Assembly: GCA_020536535.1 (NCBI GenBank)
Contig: JAHLWZ010000664.1
Location: 1-64,000, forward strand
Length of the DNA stretch: 64,000 nucleotides
Reading direction: 5' to 3'
Origin: Pelomyxa schiedti
Taxonomy: Eukaryota; Protista; Evosea
The notes below the pieces were generated by a model. It was not told where the DNA came from and searched no databases. It saw only the letters and a program-made list of their open reading frames with translations. Below, one piece after another: positions 11,301 to 23,000 of this stretch (position 1 is the stretch's first letter; the number at the start of each line of letters is the position of its first letter). The translations under genes and the position numbers were made by a program.

Positions 11301-13282
11301 GAACAGCACGCGCAAGGATGCATCACGTCTCTGGTAGAATTGATGCTAATTTTTATTTCCTTTACAGTTTTTGTAGGGCTCTCGCTGAAGATAAACTTGC
11401 TCTGGCAGTTGGTAGCACTACTGACAGCCAATCAGCTCTATTTCAGTGGGCAAACCTTATATTTGAGAAAGCTAAGCGGAGATCGCCGTCAGCCCGTATG
11501 CAATTGCTCAAAGTCGCCCTCAAGAAGTCGGTGTCCTGCATATTTTCCTAAGAGCTGACTTTCACTCTCTAGGATTCAAAGTGCATCAGAACTGGGAAAA
11601 AACCGCAAAGTGGACCTTCTCTGGGGGTGTCTGCTAGCACATGTGGCAGCTCTCAAAGATGACCCGGAAAAATCCCCGGAACTGTACATGAGAGCAGGAG
11701 CCAAGTATATGTTTGCCCGATAACATGGCCTAATTCAATAAGGTTTGAAGAAGCTTTGAGCTTTGAACCACACTGTCTCGATGAACTGGTTGAATCGGCA
11801 ATGGCTTCTCAGAAACACGAGCTTGGGGCTTTGCTGGAAACTGCTATGCAGTGGTTAGAGATGAACACTATAAATAAGCAACTGATTTATAAACAGTGCA
11901 CCTCAACTACTTCGGGTATTGCAGCGCCACCTCCACTTGCTGAAAGGCTCCCTTGAACTTGACCATGCTGGCAGACTCACAGAGCCGACGATATTGTGGC
12001 TCATCAAAAACAGTGACCCCTTCATTGTATGAATACTCCTCCAAAAATGTTGTTTACCTCTTGCAGTCAATATCACTCCTAGGATGCAGCCATGTCACTG
12101 ACAAGATTCTTGTAGAATTGGCCAATGGGAAGTCAAGCCAGCTGCACGACTTGGAACTGGTTGGGTGCCCGCTTGTAACTCCGGAGGCTGTTACCACCTT
12201 CGTGTATGGCGCAACAACAACCCCCGCTGATGGCGAAGCTGTACTGTCATTCCCAACAACACCCGCCCCGGTGTTGGCTTCTCTATCTCTGGACGATGCG
12301 CAGGCTAGTGCTGCCCCAGCAATAACTCGGAAAGGCGTGAGTGTCTTTATCATTTCCACAAAAGACCATCTGAGAACAGCGGACAAAGTTGAAGCCGGGA
12401 AACCAAAGATATACTGTACCTATCTCACTACAAAACTTCCCAAGACACTAACTCGATACCACTCAGATATCACACAAAATACAATAAAATACCAAGAAGT
12501 TGTGCATATTCTCACAACATGGAATGTGCGGCAAAAACCCATTTCAATTGCTGCCACAGCAGCTGGATGTACTGCTGAAAATTTCGCGAAGAAAGTTGTC
12601 AAAGACATGTATGGTGTTCTGAAGCGACCCCTTTTCTATGACAAATCCGATCTGTTGGTTGGGGTATGCTTATTTTCGCCGCTACTGCATGAACTTACTT
12701 TCTGGTAGGAACATAGATTCCTTGGTCACGAATTTGACCAAATTGGAGTGGAGAAATTTGGCGCGATGTACAAAGGGATGCATGCCACAGCAAGCACTGT
12801 AGTTGCATGCACTCTGGATGGAGATGAGATAATGACTTTCAAAGGCAAAGTTGAAGGAGTGATTGTTTACCCTCCGAGAGCCTCTGACAAAGGATTCGGC
12901 TGGGATTCTGTAAGCCGGGAAAAAAAATTCCATCCTTGCTTATCACAACAGATTTTCGTGCCGGATGATTACTCCAACACCCTCAGTGAAATGATTGATC
13001 ACAAATTCGTTGTAAGTTATCCCCTTTCCTCCTATAACCGGCACTCCGCCAACACCTACCGAACAATCAACCAACCTACTAACCACACACCTCTCACACA
13101 CCTAGGTCAACACACGGCACAAGCCGTTCATACAGCTGTCATACACATTGTTTGACAGGGCCAAGCACATGCACGCACTGCTGGGCCTCAGGTCATCTAA
13201 CTTCTTCCTGGACATGAGGTCATCAGAATCACCGCGGACCGGCTCCCTGTCCCCAAGGCCCCTCGCTGCTTCCCATTCATGA
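8400..13282 (+). CDS. CLU (clustered mitochondria)-domain protein with an LRR-like segment and a C-terminal Ham1/ITPase-like domain
   Basis: CLU motifs include WNEQFQ, GGIAGGEKY, GHELKGL, LIDYKGYRL, VEVHQGLDGNFYIVD and RPEL. An LRR-like stretch reads LLGCSHVTD...LELVGCPLVT. Ham1 motifs are TQNTIKYQEVVHIL and FKGKVEGVIVYPPR...GFGWD..FVPD...TLSEM. Many short introns. Confidence 0.7.
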
Positions 13283-13516
13283 CACCAACTAAACTGTAGT
13301 ACCCACAATGTATGCTGGGAAAGGATTTCTGAGTTTAGAAAGGGGACCGGAGCCGCCCATGCAAAGAGGGGTTCCAGACAGGAAATTCCTCGATTGTGGA
13401 AGTCATCAAAGAAAGAATTGAGGCCGTAGCCTTCTGTTGATGTAATCCTAATCTTGTCGAATTTCCGTTCTGACCACCGTCAAGCGCTTTTTTTTTTTCA
13501 TCCAGCAAGCATTGAG

Positions 13517-14991
13517 ATGAGGGTTGTTGTGATGGTTTGTGTTGGAGTGATGATGATGGTGGGGACCAGTACGGGAGGAAGGTACCATAAGTTCGACGAG
13601 AGGGTCGTGCCTCCTGCCTTTGACTACGAAGCGGTCGGTGTCCTTCTATCTTCTTTTTTTTTTTTGGCTACAACACGCCTTATGGGAGTGTATTGGGAAT
13701 CTGTGATGAGATGGAACCTTGGTCCCCTAACCCCTCCCTTTTTTTTCACCCTTATTGTAGGCAAAGACCTCTCATATCTTTTCTCCTCAACCTTCTGAGG
13801 TGATTTTCAAAATGCACGACTCTTTTTCTGTATTTTCTGACATTCCTCCATATATTGTAGTACATTCCACGCAGCGCAATTCCTTCTTCTTGGGGTTTCA
13901 TCTTTAACCATTCTTCCCTCACTCCTGATCGAAATTTCTAGACTGGCGTGATGTTAATGGCATAAATTATTGCTCCAAAGATCTCAACCAGCATATTCCC
14001 CAGTACTGTGGAAGTTGCTGGGCCCACTCGTCTATGTCTTCTTTAGCTGACCGCTTGAATATAATGAGAAATGGCAAATGGCCATCCCTTGTTTTCTCTA
14101 TACAGGTTTCTTCTTTCCAGTATTTCGTTCATTGTAAGCAAATTGCAGGTCTTACTCAACTGTGGTCCCTTGGTATGATAAGTCCCCCTTGACGAGAAAC
14201 CTTAGTCTGAACCAGGTGGCCGGCTCTTGTCATGGTGGGACTACAATGGGTGCATATTCATGGGTGTATGAAAATGGAATTCCAGATGAAACATGTCTGG
14301 TAGCGTCTTGAGCTTTTTTTTTTCTCCTTTACCTGCCCTGATTACTTCAGACATATGAAGCAAAATCCAATGATTGTACTGCTGTGAACATATGTAGAAC
14401 GTGTGACCCCGATACTGGTTGCTCGGCTATTCAAAATTTCACTCGCTATACAATTAGTGAGTATGGCCACCTTCATGGTGTTGATGCAATGCAAGCAGAA
14501 ATGTATCTTTTTTTATTTTTATTTATTTTTTTTTTCCCTTGCCAAACAAACACAAAGCTATGCCCGGGGACCAATTTCCTGTGGTATTCATGCAAATGAT
14601 GCACTGGAAAACTACACTGGAGGTACTTAACGTATCTGATTACCCAAAACTTATTTGTTTGTAGGAGTTTTGATAGACACATCAGGCCGCATAAAAATCA
14701 ACCACTACGTTTCAGTTGTGGGATGGGGAGATGAAGCCAACCCTGATGGTAGTACTACACCCTACTGGATATGCAGGTGATGATCACCTTCCCGCGCCAA
14801 TAGCTGTTGTCTAATAAAAAAACAGGAACTCGTGGGGAAAATACTGGGGCGAATCCGGTACCACGCATAGCTTGTCAAACATATTAAATAAATATACTTA
14901 CAACCCCAAAGGTTGGTTCAGGATCATTCGCGGTACAAATAACCTCGGCATTGAAGAAGACTGCAGCTGGGGAGTACCTGTTACATTCTAA
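13517..14991 (+). CDS. CTSZ: Cathepsin Z-like cysteine protease (complete, multi-exon)
   Basis: Hydrophobic signal peptide, the cathepsin Z signature [14 protein letters not shown], and the motifs [20 protein letters not shown] and RNSWG. Confidence 0.92.
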
Positions 14992-15041
14992 AACCCAATA
15001 TTCATTTATAAAAAAAACCTCTTTTGCTCTCAGCCTTTCTA

Positions 15042-15108
15042 TTCCTGTTTGTGAGGTTCTCGGACACGTTCAAGGTGATTGAGGCTGCAACCGGTGTGTG
15101 TTGGATCA
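15042..15108 (+). repeat. 67-bp direct repeat of the 3' coding segment 16399-16465
   Basis: 65 of 67 positions are identical by direct comparison. Confidence 0.9.
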
Positions 15109-15186
15109 TCAAATCTCTTGCAAGAGGCGATTTTTCTGAGAAGAATCGGTTGGAATCCTCCAAGATCGAACACATCGGTGATCATC

Positions 15187-16524
15187 ATGAGCGACGAGCC
15201 AAGCAGATACGCCATCACAGCCACAGGCCCAGCCTCCACCACAGTCCACTCCCAAATTGTAACTATGATGCTCGCGGCGCACGCGCGATGCGGCGCACGC
15301 ACATCCCTCGGCACCAGCGCATCACCATCATCATCATCATCACCATCATCGCCGCTTCTTCTTCTGCGGCTGTCTCCGTCGCTCGTGCACCGCCACGCCG
15401 GGGTGTGGTCCGCGTTCCTGCGCGTGCTGTGGTGCGACTTCATCGTGCCGTCGCAGCGCCGCTTCGTCGTGGACCTGGACCTCGAGCACGACACCCTCCG
15501 GCACGTCGCCGTGCAGCTGTGCGTGGCGCCCAGCATGCGGGCCCTCACGAGGCCCGCCGCCGCCGCAGGGGGCCAGTGGCCCGGGACCTGGATGGACGCG
15601 CACCGGACCGCCGTGCATTATGGGTCCAGCGGCGACGACGACGACGCCGACTTGGGCAATGGCTACGGGACCTACCGCCACAGCAACCACGTCGGCTTTT
15701 TTGGTAGTGCCCACGACGGGCGATACGACTGCAATTCCAAGTGGGTGGTCACGGTGTGGTCTGCTGATTACGGTGGCAGCCCGTCGAGATTCACCATCGC
15801 CAAGGCGCCTGACTTGGATGCACACAAGTTCGACGCAAATTGTGTCGTGGAATCTCCGTTTCTGTGTTGTGTGAAGTATGTTTCCTTCTGCATGAGGTGT
15901 GACCCTGACAAGGCTGTGGTGATTGCCACGAAACCGGACCAGCCGGAGCGCCTGCTGGCTTGGGTGGTTGATGTTGCCATGTCATTCGAATCCGGGAACC
16001 TGGTGATTGTGTGTGAGACATCCTGCAGGGTCACTGGCGATGTAAGGCAGATCAGTGTTGGCCAGGTTCTGAGCCTGACACAGGTCACTGGTGCCAACTG
16101 CTTCCTCTTGAAGTGGTCGCACTATGGGCAAAGTTCTAATCTGTGCATGATACGCGATGACAGTGGGACCAGGTCCCAGTTTGCCATTGACACTAAGGTG
16201 AACAATGCCAGTGTGTCGCAGCTGTCGGTGTCACGGTTCTGTGTGTGCACAAAGGTGGCTCTGAGTGGGTTTGCGGAGATATGGGACTGTGGGAATGACT
16301 TCAGGGAATCAGGAGCACCGTGGCTGGTGAAGGTGATGCGATTCTCAGAGCTTGGCGGTGCTGTGAATGATGTTGGAACAGTGGAGGCAAATTCGGGGTT
16401 CCTGTTTGTGAGGTTCTCGGACAGGTTCAAGGTTATTGAGGCTGCAACCGGTGTGTGTTGGATCACCGTTGTTCTTCCACCACCAGCAGCAATTCTCTGT
16501 CTGCAAAGGGTTGTCTTCCTCTGA
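15187..16524 (+). CDS. RDQF/RCGA-family intronless protein
   Basis: Single ORF with N-terminal SQIVTMMLAAHARCGARTSLG...LRLSPSLV and C-terminal VIEAATGVCWI. Confidence 0.8.
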   Translation: MSDEPSRYAITATGPASTTVHSQIVTMMLAAHARCGARTSLGTSASPSSSSSPSSPLLLLRLSPSLVHRHAGVWSAFLRVLWCDFIVPSQRRFVVDLDLEHDTLRHVAVQLCVAPSMRALTRPAAAAGGQWPGTWMDAHRTAVHYGSSGDDDDADLGNGYGTYRHSNHVGFFGSAHDGRYDCNSKWVVTVWSADYGGSPSRFTIAKAPDLDAHKFDANCVVESPFLCCVKYVSFCMRCDPDKAVVIATKPDQPERLLAWVVDVAMSFESGNLVIVCETSCRVTGDVRQISVGQVLSLTQVTGANCFLLKWSHYGQSSNLCMIRDDSGTRSQFAIDTKVNNASVSQLSVSRFCVCTKVALSGFAEIWDCGNDFRESGAPWLVKVMRFSELGGAVNDVGTVEANSGFLFVRFSDRFKVIEAATGVCWITVVLPPPAAILCLQRVVFL

Positions 16525-16726
16525 ATCTCTCTCTCGCTTTTGTTGTTTGTTTTCAACAAGCACCGAAGACACCAAATTGCAGCTAAATTTTACGGCTTTT
16601 GCCACACAATTCGGTTGGGCAGCGGAGACCAACTTAGTTCAGCGCAGATTGCTCACCACCTGCAAATTTTCTTTCTTTGGAGGTTCGGATGATTTCCCCG
16701 AATCATCTGTCTGGTTTATTCACCCA

Positions 16727-17800
16727 ATGGACACGCTCGACACCCCGCCACTCCAACGATCACAAAACGTTGCGTGGGCGCGAGACCAATTTGTGGCGTT
16801 GTGCGCTGGTGGAATTGTGGGACGGTGCGCGTCCACGTCCCCGTTGCGAGTGCTGTCCCCCGACCTTCTCTGCCACGAGATCGGTCGGAATTGGGCTATG
16901 GGAGCTGCCAGGAACGCCGTGGTCAGTGTTGACAACAAGTCCCAGACCGACCACAGCAAACCCCGACGGATGTGGTGGTTCGTCAGCGTGTCGCACACAC
17001 TGGGCGTTGTTGCAATAGACGCGGAGACGAGGCCTGGATGCGACCCCAGAGCCATAATTGGGTGGGTTGACAGGACCCACATGGTGGTCCATGCGCCGTC
17101 GTACCCGTTCATTGTTGACTTGGATACCCTGTGGGTGGTGGCCCACCTTACACCCCTACGTAGAGATGATCCGATGGACGACAGTGATGGCTGCGCTTAT
17201 GGCGCCGGGGTCCGCATTGTGAACACCGCTGTCGTGTCAGTGCTGAAGGGAGCTGAGGATGTGTTGTGGTTTGTTGACTTGGAGAAAACCCACCAACAGG
17301 GTGTGTTTGTCATCACTGAGGAGTTGCACAACACGGAATGCGGGGGCATTTACTGGTCCGCAGAGCATGGTTTCATTGCTGCCATCGAGGATCGTGGAAA
17401 GGGTTATCAGATTATTGCCCTGGCCACACGCCAAGTGCTGCGGCATTGCACTGGTACCCCAATCAAAGTGGATGACGGCCACTTTCGGCTGTCAGATTCT
17501 GACGAGCGAAGGTTGCAAGTGTTTTCCTTGACTGACTGTGGGTCTCCCTGCTGTGAGTTCGACACTTCCAGATGTGTTGCCACTGTGGTGTCAAATGGCC
17601 TCATGCTCCGACACATAGATGAAAGTTTAGTACCCCTCGCCAATGATGCACACCCCCAGCCCATCGTAAAGAAGGTAGCCCTCAAAACAGATGAACACAT
17701 TGAACTGGCTGATGCAGTCACTGGTTGTTTGCTGTGGCGTCAGCCTTTGCCTCCAGTTGATACCCCGTTCCACCACCGCATCACGTTCAGGCCTTTCTAA
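16727..17800 (+). CDS. RDQF/RCGA-family intronless protein
   Basis: N-terminal WARDQFVALCAGGIVGRCASTSPLRVLSPDLLCHEIG and C-terminal LADAVTGCLLW. Confidence 0.8.
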   Translation: MDTLDTPPLQRSQNVAWARDQFVALCAGGIVGRCASTSPLRVLSPDLLCHEIGRNWAMGAARNAVVSVDNKSQTDHSKPRRMWWFVSVSHTLGVVAIDAETRPGCDPRAIIGWVDRTHMVVHAPSYPFIVDLDTLWVVAHLTPLRRDDPMDDSDGCAYGAGVRIVNTAVVSVLKGAEDVLWFVDLEKTHQQGVFVITEELHNTECGGIYWSAEHGFIAAIEDRGKGYQIIALATRQVLRHCTGTPIKVDDGHFRLSDSDERRLQVFSLTDCGSPCCEFDTSRCVATVVSNGLMLRHIDESLVPLANDAHPQPIVKKVALKTDEHIELADAVTGCLLWRQPLPPVDTPFHHRITFRPF

Positions 17801-18106
17801 ACTCCATATAATGGAGTACTTAGTACACTTGTTTCACGTGCTTAGGTATCACTGTTTAATTGCTTCCTCCTCACACAACAACAATAGATCTCACTCATTG
17901 TTTTTTGAATCAGGATCGGCGGTTGGGGCTGTATTGCCTACAACATTCCTTACCGTTTGTTTATTTTTCTCTTGATCAGATAAGCACAGCCTCTTCTGGT
18001 GTGTCGATTGGTGTCTTCGATCCAATGAGCCGCGAAATCTTGAAAGTTCCTTCCAAGAGTTCACAGAAAACTGTTTCATCAACCGAATCATCGCTACGTT
18101 TGACCA

Positions 18107-19758
18107 ATGACGACACCCACATCGGAACCGCCATCCCGCAATGCGGTATGTGATGGCGATCCAACAATGACTGCTACAGCAAGTGCTAGTAATGGGTGGG
18201 GACGGTACCTTAGAATGGGACTGCCCATTCCAACTGTTTTGGAAACCAGGCTATGGTCATCACTGCCTTCACTGAAATCTACTACTACTGGTAGTATTGG
18301 GGCAGCACCACCAACTCATAAGCGTAGCCCTGCCGTTATAGTTACTATTCCTGAAAAGAATTCTGCTGCCCAAAATAAGAGCACCACTACCACTACTAGT
18401 AGTTCTTCACAGCCACAATTTGATTGCACAAACGACGTTGTTTCGGCACTACGGAAAAGCGCTGATTTGGCGAAGGGCACTGATTCTACACTGGTTTGGA
18501 GGGACCAAATGTTGGCGCTGTGCTGCTGTATGCACCCCAGGGTTGGTGCCAATTCAACGCCGGTAAGGGCCCTGATTATGGGCATAGAATGCTGTGGACT
18601 TGGGAACGTGGCCGAGATAGTGAAGGCTGTAGGGGCACTGCTCAAGCCGCCGGCAACTGTGTTCGTTGCTGGGTTTTCTGGAGACAGTACTGGAGGGTGG
18701 TGTGCACTGCGGATAGATGGATGTGTTTCCAGACTTGCACACAGGGAACTGCACTCCCATTCTAAAGTGTTGGGAAGTATCTCCGGGAGACTAATGGTAC
18801 TGCAGGACGAGGGAGGCATTGGGATATGGGATTTGGTAACTGGACAAATGTGTCCTGCGATGAGCGGGTATCCGCAACTTAACTATCTCTACGATGCTGC
18901 GTTATGGCTACCCTCCGACCTCAATTCCTGTATTGTACACATTTTGATAACTTCCACTAAAACCGGAAAGGTGGAAGACTGGTTATTTGTGGGGATAAGG
19001 ACGTACAGCAAATACATGTATGCACCTTCCTGGGGTCTTGCGTGTTTGCTTCTTTGCCGAGACCTACAAGTGAAGCTTGCTATGTAGCGTGGATGAACGC
19101 AAATGCCTTTGTATGTGTAACCGAAACCGAGATTGCACTTTGTAAACTCAAACAAAATTGGGCTAGTTCCTCAATACTAAATACTACGTCGCCAAATGTG
19201 TATATCAGACAATTTATGCCATATGATATGCGCCGGCACCCTTCAATACACCCACTCGCAATACTCTCTGGTTCTACTACACTATCCTTAGCGGTACTCT
19301 ACCGACAGTACCATCCACCACATATTGGAATGGGACGAGTCTACTTATTCACGGGGCTTCTTAATGAATCTGGCTCTGAAAAAATGCTACTAGCCGAGAG
19401 CGTTGACACCATTGCTTCCTACAATGGCCGCGTTATAGCCCATATACAACAGACCACAAAAGCACTCAAGTCCCAAATTGCTGTATCTATATTCCCTACA
19501 TGCAGTAACAATACCTTATTTATCCAACAGATTTTTGACGGGCGAACCGGCGATAGACTTATATCCGTTCTGAGTCCCCAGAGCATTGAACAACTATCAG
19601 TGTGCGGGAATGTACTTGCCGGTATTCACACCGGGAACATCACACTATGGAACCTCTCCACACTAAAAACAACCTTGAAAAAGAAGCAGCACAAGACTAT
19701 CAGAATACAAAACATCAACCAGCACAATTTCTGCTTCTCCCTGGGTCCCATCCTTTAA
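18107..19758 (+). CDS. RDQF-family divergent protein (probably one intron near 19010-19070)
   Basis: Motif VWRDQMLALCCCMHPRVGANSTPVRAL and C-terminal IFDGRTGDRLI. Two overlapping ORFs can be joined by a GT-AG intron. Confidence 0.6.
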
Positions 19759-20027
19759 CCCCATCTACAATAAAACAATCCTTGTATCCGTCCACAACAA
19801 CAAACACCAACAACGACTCTTGTAGCCTAAGTCCCAGTCGCACAGATCGCGAAACAGATTCACCCATTAGCGGAACCGTGTGTGTCCTTTCGAAATTCCA
19901 AAAAAGTTTTTCGTTTCAAGGGAAAGCACGAAAGAAAGAGGGCAAAAATAAAACACACAAAAAAACACAAACCGAAGAGCAACACGCGTCGTGCGACACC
20001 CAAAAGGAGAAATTTTGAGTTGATAAA

Positions 20028-23000
20028 ATGTCGTTGCACGATCGGTCTTGGATTGATATTCAGCGGAGGGTGCTTTTTTTTTCTTTTCTCTTTTTCTCTT
20101 TCTTCCCCTCGCGTTTTTGTTTGGGGATTTTTTTCCTTGTTCCAAGCGAGTATTCCTGTTTGACTCTTTTTTTTTTGTTTTAGACGTTCACCAAGTGGTT
20201 TAATGCCCATTTGAAAAAAGCCGGTCACCGTGAGACTGTTGAGGACTTGTCCCGTGACTTGCAGGTTTGCTTCTTGTGATGTTTAAAGTAACATACGCGT
20301 GATGTGTTTTCTGGAGAGCTCTGTCCAGGAATTCTTTGAGAAATTTAATTCTTGTTAGGATGGCAAACTTCTTCACAAATTGTTGGAGTCTATTAGCAAC
20401 ACCAAACTGCCCAAAATCACAATGACTCCAAAGATGAGGATTCACCAAATTCAAAACTTGAACGTTTGTGTTACCTTCATTTCGTCCAAGGTTCGACTAC
20501 AGGGAATTAGTGCTGAAGGTTTGGTTTTAGCCTTTAGAAGAGTACCATGTAATTCGTACAAGATATTTGTAACGGCGATATCAAGTTGATTCTTGGTATG
20601 ATTTGGATGATCATTCTGCGATTCGAAATTGCAGATATTTCCGTCGAAGGTCTGTCAACAGAACTAAATCAACTTTTTAATTCCTTCCAGATATGAATGC
20701 AAAGGAGGGTCTGTTGTATTGGTGCCAGAAGAAGACCGCTGGCTACCCAGGAGTTCATGTCAAGAGTTGTATCTCTTTCCCAGGATTGCACTACTAACAA
20801 TTTCTCAGACTTCACCGACTCGTGGCAGGATGGTCTGGCGTTCTGTGCCTTGATCCACAAACATATGCCTACTGCACTCGATTTCTACGCGCAAAGCAAG
20901 GAGAAGCCGTTGGAAAATCTAGAACTGGCTTTCAGTGTTGCAGAGAAGCAACTTGGAATTCCCCGGTTCTTCGACCCTGAGGATATGAGTGTGTAGTGAA
21001 AACCCTTCCATCAGCGTCTCATAAGCCTCAGTTGCTGCTGATGAACGATCTGTTATGACCTATCTCCTTCAATTTTTCCATCGATTTGCCGACACCCGAA
21101 AGGTACAACTTGTATGTAAGTTTACCTGAAATTGACCGCGACTTCTTCAGACCGAAGTTGCAGGCCGTCGTATTAGCAAACTTGTTGGACTTGTCCAAAG
21201 CAACGATGAAATGAAGCAGGCCTATGTTGATAAGGCCACCTCCCTTAGCGCTTGGATGGACATCAAGATTCCCGAGTTGCTGGACCTGAACTTTGATAAC
21301 ACACTAGCAGGTATTGATCATGCAAATACTTTTTCATCTCACATCTTTAGGTGCAAATGGAAAGCAAGATGAAATGGTGTTGTACCAGAGTGGGGTCAAG
21401 CCAGAAAAAGCTGCAGAAAAGATGGCTGCTGAGGGTCTTTTTGGAAACTTGCAAGTTAAACTCCGCAACGCCGGGCGCCCAGAATACGTTCCCCCTGGAG
21501 GACTTTCTCCATCAGATTTGGATGCCAAATGGCAAAAGCTTCTGGAAGCAGAAGCTCTTAAAGAGAAGGCTATCAGAGATGAAATTGCACGGTACATAAC
21601 CACAAACTTCTTCAACAACTTACCTCTGTAGACAAGAGAAAATAGAAGAACTGGTACGACTATTCCATGAAAAGAAATTGAAGCTCGATAAGTGGTCTGA
21701 AGAAAAGAAGACCTTCTTAGATCAGCGCCCAGTCATTGACACTCTTATCACTGCGCAGTCCCAAATCAAACTGTTAGACGGCTATGAGCAACAACACAAG
21801 TCGTCCTTGTCTAGGGTGGCTGAGTTGCATCAATTAGGCGATCAGATATGCCAGTTAGGTGCCAAAGTTGCACCAGAAATTACCCAACAAGTGGCTACAG
21901 TTGAGGCTACTTGGACTGATCTCTCCTCAAAGTGTGAGGAGAAGAAACAGTGGCTCAATGAAGAGCTCGAAAAGCAGGTTCGCCCCCCCCCCCCCCCCCC
22001 CCCATGTTCAATTCATTTATCCTTGACCATCACAAAAATCTTTTTAGAAACGAATGGAGGAACTAAGGAGACTCTTCGCCGAAAAGGTCAACTCCCTCAA
22101 TAAGTGGTATCAGGATGAAATTGGTGCCATCGGCGATGCTGCGTTCGGAGATACTCTCGAGGAAGTTATAGCCTACAAAGAAAAGCTTGATCTTCAAGAG
22201 ATGCAGCTTCATGCTTCATCTTCAGAGAAGTATAACGAACTTGAGGCTATTGCCAACCAAATGAAAGAGATGGGCATTACCGAAAATAAATACACAATGT
22301 TAACTCTTGACGATATGAAAGCGCAGGAGGTTAACATGAATGGGGCTCTTGCAAAACTCAAGGTTTCCACTTGGTTTATCTATTCAACAACTCAAAAAAC
22401 CCATAGGAAGCATACGAAGCGGAGTTAAAGCGACAAGAACTTATGGAGGAGAAGAGAAAGGAATTTGCAGCAGCAGCAAACAAATTTATGGAGTTTTTGG
22501 ACACCCAAAAGAACACCATTGACGCTCTCAATGGTTTGACGTTACACATCAACGATTCTGTCTTACCCTTGTTTCAGGAGAACCGGATCCTCTCACGGAG
22601 GAGATTAAGAATCAATGGCAAGAAGCAGCACCCCAACAAGAGCAGCTTGATAATTTGGCAAGACTCTATCGTGAAGAGATTGCCATGCAAATCACCAGCA
22701 ATAAGTACACGCAGCACACTGTTGCCAGCTGCGCATCTGCAAGTGCCGTGTTTGACGCCTATGTACGCAATTACCTGTCGGCCCTTCAAGAGGAGAAGGC
22801 ACTGAAGATTGAGTTTGCTGAACGTGCTGCTAGGGTAATTGATATTGGCATATTTCTTGCGCCTAACAAGACTGTCTAGTTGAAAGCTTGGATAGTTGCA
22901 ACTGTGGAAAAACTGGGAGATCGTGCATTTGATAATACTCTGGCTGGTGCCAAATCTGCAATGGCTGTCTTTGGTGGATACCGAAGTGGGGAAAAGCCTC

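Noticed and set aside
16436-16726. N-terminal extension of the 454-aa ORF overlapping the previous gene
   Set aside because: It uses a non-ATG start. The family motif position supports the ATG at 16727.
21982-22003. Long poly-C run (G-quadruplex potential on the minus strand)
   Set aside because: An intronic homopolymer of unreliable length with no other support.
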